Below are positions 53,022 to 58,218 of a stretch of 58,218 nucleotides of DNA, piece after piece. How positions within the stretch are numbered: the first letter of the stretch is position 1; each line of letters opens with the position of its first letter. The stretch lies in the IMG/VR virus record IMGVR_UViG_3300043538_000065, positions 1 through 58,218 of that record, one strand, 5' to 3'. This DNA is from a virus. Lineage: Duplodnaviria; Caudoviricetes. The notes beneath the pieces are model-generated. The model was given only the letters and a program-made list of their open reading frames with translations. It made no database searches and was not told the DNA's origin. The position numbers and the translations under genes are program-made.

Positions 53022-53064
53022 GGGACAATTTGGCCTTGACTTCGGGACATTTTGTCCCGAATAT
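53022..53064 (+). promoter_or_regulatory. OL-like region: two operators and promoter
   Basis: GGGACAATTTGGCCT at 53022, GGGACATTTTGTCCC at 53044; TTGACT-N17-GAATAT. Confidence 0.8.
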
Positions 53065-53100
53065 GTTTCCCGTGAAACAACCTCACGGGAATCAGTTCAA

Positions 53101-53361
53101 ATGGCTGAGCCAGCCACCAAACCGCGCTTAGATGGTTTTGCGCCCGGCGCCCGTCCTATCTGTGTGTTTTGCAATGCACCTTGGTCGGACGACATGATCA
53201 AGGTGCTGGCGGAATCCGAGGTTGAAGTCGGGTACTACGGCGATCCCGAAGGCGTCGATACCATGGCGATTATCGACATCGCCTGCGCCGCATGCGAGCG
53301 GCTGATCTATCGCAAGGAATGCCGCGGCAACACGTTCAGTCAACTGACGGTGTTGAAATGA
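53101..53361 (+). CDS. Zn-binding hypothetical protein
   Basis: CVFC...CAAC; first gene after promoter. Confidence 0.7.
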   Translation: MAEPATKPRLDGFAPGARPICVFCNAPWSDDMIKVLAESEVEVGYYGDPEGVDTMAIIDIACAACERLIYRKECRGNTFSQLTVLK

Positions 53362-53378
53362 CCGCCGGCCCACCTGCT

Positions 53379-53873
53379 TCAGCCGTGTTTTTGCAGCCGC
53401 TCGACATGAAACGCGTCGAGCGAAGCAACAACCGCGCGCACGTTGGTCAAGTGACGCTTCAGGTCGGCCAGCCGAAGGGATGGCGCCATCTTGTAGCGGG
53501 GCAACAATGTCTCGGCGAAGGCGGCATCAATGCTCGGTTCGATCTGAGACCATGGAAAATCTTGGCTCTTTCCCACCGGTTGATGGGCGAGGCGATTTCG
53601 AACCGGAAGCAGTTTCTCGATCTTGGACTTGATCGCGTCCCATTCCTTGAGGTCGGCGTCTGCGGTCTCGCCGACGAGGCTCGCGTGCAAAAGCCCGTTC
53701 GTCAGTTCAAGCTGCCGCCACAGCGATCGTGTGTGGTAGTACGCGACGCCAGCAATAACGATGTGGGTGCGCATGCATGTCCAGCAGGTGAAAAGCAGCC
53801 TGTTGTCGACGTTCGCCCACTCCGCCACGCACATGCCGAGCCATCGGTAGAATTCGTCCACCTCATTTTCCAC
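53379..53873 (-). CDS. HEPN-like helical protein, counter-oriented
   Basis: RNRLAH (RxxxxH) motif; LG.....WA.VD N-terminus; GGAG RBS. Confidence 0.7.
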   Translation of the reverse strand: MENEVDEFYRWLGMCVAEWANVDNRLLFTCWTCMRTHIVIAGVAYYHTRSLWRQLELTNGLLHASLVGETADADLKEWDAIKSKIEKLLPVRNRLAHQPVGKSQDFPWSQIEPSIDAAFAETLLPRYKMAPSLRLADLKRHLTNVRAVVASLDAFHVERLQKHG

Positions 53874-53987
53874 GAACGTATCTCCATTGCCAGCAACACT
53901 GGGGATGCCAGGGCCGTCGCTGACCTCGAATCAGCGGCGGCCCGTCTTTTCATCTTACGTCCACATCAAACCTCGCGAGTAACAGTC

Positions 53988-54422
53988 ATGCGTAAATCCC
54001 CCGCCACCTCCTCCGTCGTCCCCTCCGCCGCCCCGGCCGCTGCCCGGTCGTTCGACCGGCGCCCGCTGCCGAAGGTGTTCGCTGAATTCACCTCCCTCGT
54101 GCTGGTCAAGCATCAGGAGAGCAAGAGCGGCAGGGCCCTCTACGTCTCCGACGACGGCGATGTTTTGAACGCCGTCTGGGTCCCCAAGGCGATGCTGGGC
54201 ATCGATAAGGTCGACCGCGGCCGGTTTCTGGTTGCGACCGTTTCCAAGGCCTTCGCCGGACAGAAGCGTCTCGACATCGGCCGCATCGATCATGAGCGCT
54301 TGACGCCGGATGAATCCGCGCAACTCAAAGCCGCGCAAGACCTCGCCAAGCTTACCCGCCAGCGGTTCAACGGCTACCGATCCTCTTCACTGACCTACAT
54401 GGGAAGGAACGAGTTCGCATGA
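53988..54422 (+). CDS. Hypothetical phage protein
   Basis: A..VSDDG....AVW.PK motif; ATGA-coupled downstream. Confidence 0.65.
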   Translation: MRKSPATSSVVPSAAPAAARSFDRRPLPKVFAEFTSLVLVKHQESKSGRALYVSDDGDVLNAVWVPKAMLGIDKVDRGRFLVATVSKAFAGQKRLDIGRIDHERLTPDESAQLKAAQDLAKLTRQRFNGYRSSSLTYMGRNEFA

Positions 54423-54844
54423 GCATCCACGACGGCATCTCCGACTTCGACGGCAGACGCGAGCCGATGCGCGCACTGCGCGACCTGATCAACCTTTGCG
54501 AACAGACCTTTCCTCTTGAGAATGGCGGTCGCGAAGAACAGGAGATCATCGCGCAGGCGCAGAACGGATTCACCACACTGCGCAAGTTGTTCGGAGATAA
54601 CCGGCTTGCGGAAGATGTGGCCCACGGGCCGATGGTTGAGCCGCCGCTTCCTCTCCCCGATCAACCCGACCTGCATCCCGGCTGCAAGAAAGTTCGCGAC
54701 GTGGTCATCGCGCTGCTGAAACTGCCGATGCACGCCGATTTCCAGGTCGATGATGGCGCAGAATTCCGCGACTTCACAATCGAGCATGTCGTTCGCGAAA
54801 CTGCCCCAGGCGACGCGCAACTCGTCGTTATCAAACCGGAGTAG
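54419..54844 (+). CDS. Hypothetical protein
   Basis: ATGA coupling. Confidence 0.65.
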   Translation: MSIHDGISDFDGRREPMRALRDLINLCEQTFPLENGGREEQEIIAQAQNGFTTLRKLFGDNRLAEDVAHGPMVEPPLPLPDQPDLHPGCKKVRDVVIALLKLPMHADFQVDDGAEFRDFTIEHVVRETAPGDAQLVVIKPE

Positions 54845-54848
54845 CGCG

Positions 54849-55043
54849 ATGCCCGTGCTTGAGGTCTACGAACGCACAACAGAAGCTTTCATCGTTCTGA
54901 CTGCCGACGCGCCGTTACCGACCTGCACGCCGGCCGATCCCTTCGGCGTCGACCACGACTGCCTCAACCCGGCCGGGCATCATCCCATCGTCTCTTGCGG
55001 AGACATCGTCTGCCGCCACTGTCCGAAGGTGTTTTGGCTATGA
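54849..55043 (+). CDS. Small Cys/His-rich protein
   Basis: GGAG RBS; C.N..GH...CRHC. Confidence 0.55.
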   Translation: MPVLEVYERTTEAFIVLTADAPLPTCTPADPFGVDHDCLNPAGHHPIVSCGDIVCRHCPKVFWL

Positions 55044-55288
55044 CCTCGCATCTTCACCTCCACATCGTCGATAGCCCGATGGTCGACAACAAGACCTGGC
55101 GCAACGCCAAGGTCGAGCGGATGGCCAACGACCTGATCCGCCATAAGCAGGCCGCCGGCCGGGAGGCCGCGGCGATGCGCACCTTGCGCGACTGCGGCCA
55201 CGCCATGGCCGACATCGTCATGCTGATCGATGACGTGCGCAATCTGGCGTTTCAGGAGATCGTGGCGAAGGAAGTGAGCGAGCCGTGA
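55040..55288 (+). CDS. Hypothetical protein
   Basis: ATGA coupling. Confidence 0.6.
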   Translation: MTSHLHLHIVDSPMVDNKTWRNAKVERMANDLIRHKQAAGREAAAMRTLRDCGHAMADIVMLIDDVRNLAFQEIVAKEVSEP

Positions 55289-55536
55289 GATGGACCCCAT
55301 ACCATCATTGGATGTGGTTTTGGTGCTGGCTTTGCTACCGGCTGTACCTCGCGCTTCCCGTGGCGAACTTCAACACCCGATATCACAGGTTCACCTTATG
55401 GCTGCTCGGCTACGGCGGGGCCTATGCGCACAGCACGCGAGAGGACTTCCACTGGTGCGCTTTCTTTTTCGAGAGCGATGAGGCCTGCCGCGCGGCGTGG
55501 GCCAAGCATCTTGACGAAACGAGCACAGCGCCATGA
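55285..55536 (+). CDS. Trp-rich hypothetical protein
   Basis: GTGA and ATGA coupling. Confidence 0.55.
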   Translation: MRWTPYHHWMWFWCWLCYRLYLALPVANFNTRYHRFTLWLLGYGGAYAHSTREDFHWCAFFFESDEACRAAWAKHLDETSTAP

Positions 55537-55973
55537 TCCTTCCCCGCCCTCAACGCATCATCCCGCCATCGGCCCCGGGCTCGCTGCTGAAGCGCTTCGA
55601 CGCCCCAGCGTCACGGCCGCGCGCGATCGAGACCGAGCGGGATCCTGACTACCTCGCAATGGTCCGGACCTTGCCCTGTCTGTACTGCGGGATGGAGCCT
55701 TGCGGCGAGGCCGCGCACGTCCGCATGGCGTCGGCCGCCTTTCGCAAGGCATCGGGCATGAACAAAACGCCGCCCGACAAATGGGCGCTGCCGCTCTGCG
55801 GACCTGACCATCGCGTCCTTAAAACCGCGCAGCACAATCACGGCGAGGCTCAATTCTGGTATCGGCTCGGCATCTCGCCGCTGATCGTCTGCGAGAAGCT
55901 GTACGCGCAACGCGGCGACCTGGTTGCGATGCGGGCTGTGGTGTTTTCGGCGATTGCGGAGCGCGGACGATGA
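55533..55973 (+). CDS. DUF968-like HNH-fold protein
   Basis: YL..VR.LPC..CG....AAHVR...D.WALPLC..DH...QH..GE..FW. Confidence 0.8.
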   Translation: MILPRPQRIIPPSAPGSLLKRFDAPASRPRAIETERDPDYLAMVRTLPCLYCGMEPCGEAAHVRMASAAFRKASGMNKTPPDKWALPLCGPDHRVLKTAQHNHGEAQFWYRLGISPLIVCEKLYAQRGDLVAMRAVVFSAIAERGR

Positions 55974-56266
55974 AGCTGACGGAACGACAGGCCGATCATC
56001 TTGAAATCCTTCGAGACGGCGAATTGCATCACGTCGTCAAAGGCGCGACCTCTCATTCGACATTTCATGGCCTTGTCAAAAAGGGTTTGGCCGAAAGAGT
56101 TGTGGAGCCATGGACGTACCACAAGACAAAGTATCGCGTCACGGCCGCAGGCCGCGCTGAGCTTAAGCGCTTCCGCAATGATCCTATCTTCTCCACTTGC
56201 GGCTCGCCTTCGGCGATGTGTCTCGCGATGGGCGTTCGCGAGGGCGGGGCGGAAACGATGAAATGA
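55970..56266 (+). CDS. Winged-helix-like hypothetical protein
   Basis: LT.RQ...L...LVKKGL....Y.VT.AGR. Confidence 0.6.
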   Translation: MKLTERQADHLEILRDGELHHVVKGATSHSTFHGLVKKGLAERVVEPWTYHKTKYRVTAAGRAELKRFRNDPIFSTCGSPSAMCLAMGVREGGAETMK

Positions 56267-56294
56267 GGGTGCGCCAATTGGCGCAGGCTGGATC

Positions 56295-56642
56295 ATGAAC
56301 AGACATCAACGCCGCCGCGATCAGAAACTTTCCCGCGATGCCTCGCCGGATGAAATCTTCCCGGCCGGTCACGGCCCTGTGCAGCGGAGCGTCGTCGACC
56401 TGATGACTGCCGCTCTCGACGGGCTACGGAAAGCACTTGGCCCAAACTACCACGTCACGCTCTTCGTTGCCGAGCGCGTTCCGCCGGCGGAAGAAGCCCG
56501 CTTGCCTCGCTTCAACTACATGTCGACCGGGCACCGCGAAGACATGCTGGCCGTACTTGAGGCCTTCGTTGCTAAGAACCGCGCAGCTGCGCCGAAACTC
56601 GACAGGATCGCCGACGATCCGCCGACGGACGTGCCCCAATGA
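56295..56642 (+). CDS. Hypothetical protein
   Basis: MNRHQRR start; NYMS...REDM motif. Confidence 0.65.
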   Translation: MNRHQRRRDQKLSRDASPDEIFPAGHGPVQRSVVDLMTAALDGLRKALGPNYHVTLFVAERVPPAEEARLPRFNYMSTGHREDMLAVLEAFVAKNRAAAPKLDRIADDPPTDVPQ

Positions 56643-56724
56643 CCCGCCCCGCCACCATCCCGCCCGGCCTGTGGCCTCCCCGAATGCCAGTGGAAATGGC
56701 GGCGGGCTATTGCGGGGAGCTCCG

Positions 56725-56913
56725 ATGATTTCCGACACATTGTCCGACGCCGCCTCCGAGATCAGGCGCTACCTCAAGGATATGCCCCACGTTTATGCCG
56801 ACACGGCACCGCTGATCCACGATCTGCTCGTGAAGATGGACACAGTCCGTATCCTGCTCGATACCCCGCCGAACCCCGGCGAGCGCTCGGCGACCTTGGG
56901 GAAAGGCACCTAA
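56725..56913 (+). CDS. Small hypothetical protein
   Basis: GGGGAG RBS; 62 aa. Confidence 0.6.
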   Translation: MISDTLSDAASEIRRYLKDMPHVYADTAPLIHDLLVKMDTVRILLDTPPNPGERSATLGKGT

Positions 56914-56914
56914 A

Positions 56915-57292
56915 ATGCCCCGCAAGCCCCTTGCCAGCCCTCAGGAACGCATCAAGATGCCCCGGGCGGTTGCCATCACCGGGGAAACCGAGCGCACGCT
57001 GCAGGCAGCGGCGGCGCGGGGCGATATCGAGGGCGCGGCAAAACCGTTCAAGTGCTGGACCTTCAATGAGGCCAAGCTGCGTGCCTGGCTCAAGGCCAAG
57101 GAGTCAAAGCCGTGTCGGAGAAACCTCGAGGAGGAAGAGGACCGCGGCGCGAGCCGGGCCACGTCTTCGACCGCGGCGGCATCAAATGGGCGCGGTTTCA
57201 GGTCGCCGGCAAAGAGTTCCGAGGAAGCCTATCAACGCGCGATGCAGGCGTTGCGAAGCGCAGAGCCAGCGAATGGCACCAGCGCGAGGTAG
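56915..57292 (+). CDS. Excisionase-like HTH protein
   Basis: ITG...RTLQ..A.RG.I.GA.K...WTF...L..W; precedes and overlaps int. Confidence 0.75.
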   Translation: MPRKPLASPQERIKMPRAVAITGETERTLQAAAARGDIEGAAKPFKCWTFNEAKLRAWLKAKESKPCRRNLEEEEDRGASRATSSTAAASNGRGFRSPAKSSEEAYQRAMQALRSAEPANGTSAR

Positions 57293-58218
57293 GCATCGCC
57301 AAATTCGGCGAAGACCGCAAAAGCTACCTCGACGTCTTTGCGGCATGGACGCTCCACATCGCAGACCAGGTCGGCACACAGACCCGCCGGCGATACGCAG
57401 TTTCATTGAAGATGCTGGAACCCTGGCTGAAGCCGCGGTTCTTCGACGAGATCGACCGCGAGCTGATCGGCACCATTGTGCGGGAGCGGCGCGCCAAGGG
57501 CATCACCACGGCCACCATCCGCCGCGACCTCACCGCGCTTTCATCGGTCATCGAATTCGCAATCGAGGAGGGCTGGCGGCCAGACGAAAGCAACCCCGCA
57601 TTGGCGCGGTTGAAGCGGCTGAAGGAACGCCGCGAGCCGATCGTGCTGCCCCTTGCCGAAGACATAGCGTATCTGATCGGCCGCGCGCCGGGCAACTTCG
57701 CGAAGATGATCGAGGCCGCTCGAGACTCCGGTTGCCGGCAGGACGAGCTAGCCAAGGCCGAGCGACGCCGCCTGGACCGCGATCGGCGGCAGCTGACGAT
57801 CCGACGCAAGGGCAACCAGGAGCGCACCATCAGCCTGCCGGACGCCGCCTGGGCGGTCATGAGCGCGATCCCTGCCCACCTGACCGGCAGGTGGCTGTTC
57901 TGGCACGGCAACGGCGAGCCCTACCGGAACGTCGCCGCCCGCTTCAACGAGCTGGTCAAGTCGGCACAAAAGGCGGCACAGAAAGAGGGCCGCGAGTTCC
58001 GCCCCTTCACGTTCCATCACCTGAGGCACTTCTACGCAGTCTGGTATTTGAAAAACGGCGGCAACATCTATGCCCTGCAACAGCATCTTAACCATAAGAG
58101 CATCACGACGACTGAGGGCTATCTGAAGTTCCTGACACCGGAGGAAGCCGCTGCGGCCAAGGCCGGTCCGTCACGAATCCCGGCACAGCCAGAGCGGTTT
58201 AGTGAAAAATCGACGTAG
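57112..58218 (+). CDS. int: Tyrosine integrase
   Basis: Catalytic R (GCRQDE), K, HHLRH, H (LNHKS), Y (TTEGY). Confidence 0.96.
   Translation: MSEKPRGGRGPRREPGHVFDRGGIKWARFQVAGKEFRGSLSTRDAGVAKRRASEWHQREVGIAKFGEDRKSYLDVFAAWTLHIADQVGTQTRRRYAVSLKMLEPWLKPRFFDEIDRELIGTIVRERRAKGITTATIRRDLTALSSVIEFAIEEGWRPDESNPALARLKRLKERREPIVLPLAEDIAYLIGRAPGNFAKMIEAARDSGCRQDELAKAERRRLDRDRRQLTIRRKGNQERTISLPDAAWAVMSAIPAHLTGRWLFWHGNGEPYRNVAARFNELVKSAQKAAQKEGREFRPFTFHHLRHFYAVWYLKNGGNIYALQQHLNHKSITTTEGYLKFLTPEEAAAAKAGPSRIPAQPERFSEKST

Larger units (their letters stand above)
1..58218. mobile_element. Temperate prophage, lambda-type head with Mu-type contractile tail
   Basis: Complete ordered modules: integrase, immunity, replication, packaging, head, tail, lysis; att sites not visible. 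Confidence 0.95.

Noticed and set aside
56931-58091. 386-aa ORF overlapping the integrase
   Set aside because: Arg/Pro-rich out-of-frame artefact of high GC

Overview
The whole window is one apparently intact ~58 kb temperate prophage of a GC-rich alphaproteobacterium; the small-ORF families look Bradyrhizobium/Nitrobacteraceae-like (inference, no search run). Right to left it carries: tyrosine integrase and excisionase, a plus-strand early operon, a CI/Cro switch with five 15-bp operators, and a long minus-strand early operon with three DNA methyltransferases and a GapR homologue. Next come a replication initiator, a NusG-type antiterminator, an MmgR/suhB-like sRNA and a lambda-like cos site. 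A lambda-type head module is joined to a Mu-type contractile tail, followed by tail fibres, lysis genes and accessory ORFs. The att sites lie outside the window. The most unusual pattern is a set of counter-oriented cargo genes inserted in the early operons. These are two tandem cassettes sharing a promoter block and two-hairpin leader, a HEPN-like gene, and an IS1595 element with passenger genes. Each is covered on the operon strand by an open reading frame whose start overlaps the upstream stop codon, as if the inserts were made transparent to translation. Other candidates: tRNA-like structured RNAs hidden in a helicase-methylase gene, parS-like 16-bp palindromes, signal-peptide-bearing tail fibres with length-matched pentapeptide arrays, a direct-repeat-flanked moron and a Tad2/DUF2829-like ORF. 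All family calls come from motif recognition by eye.
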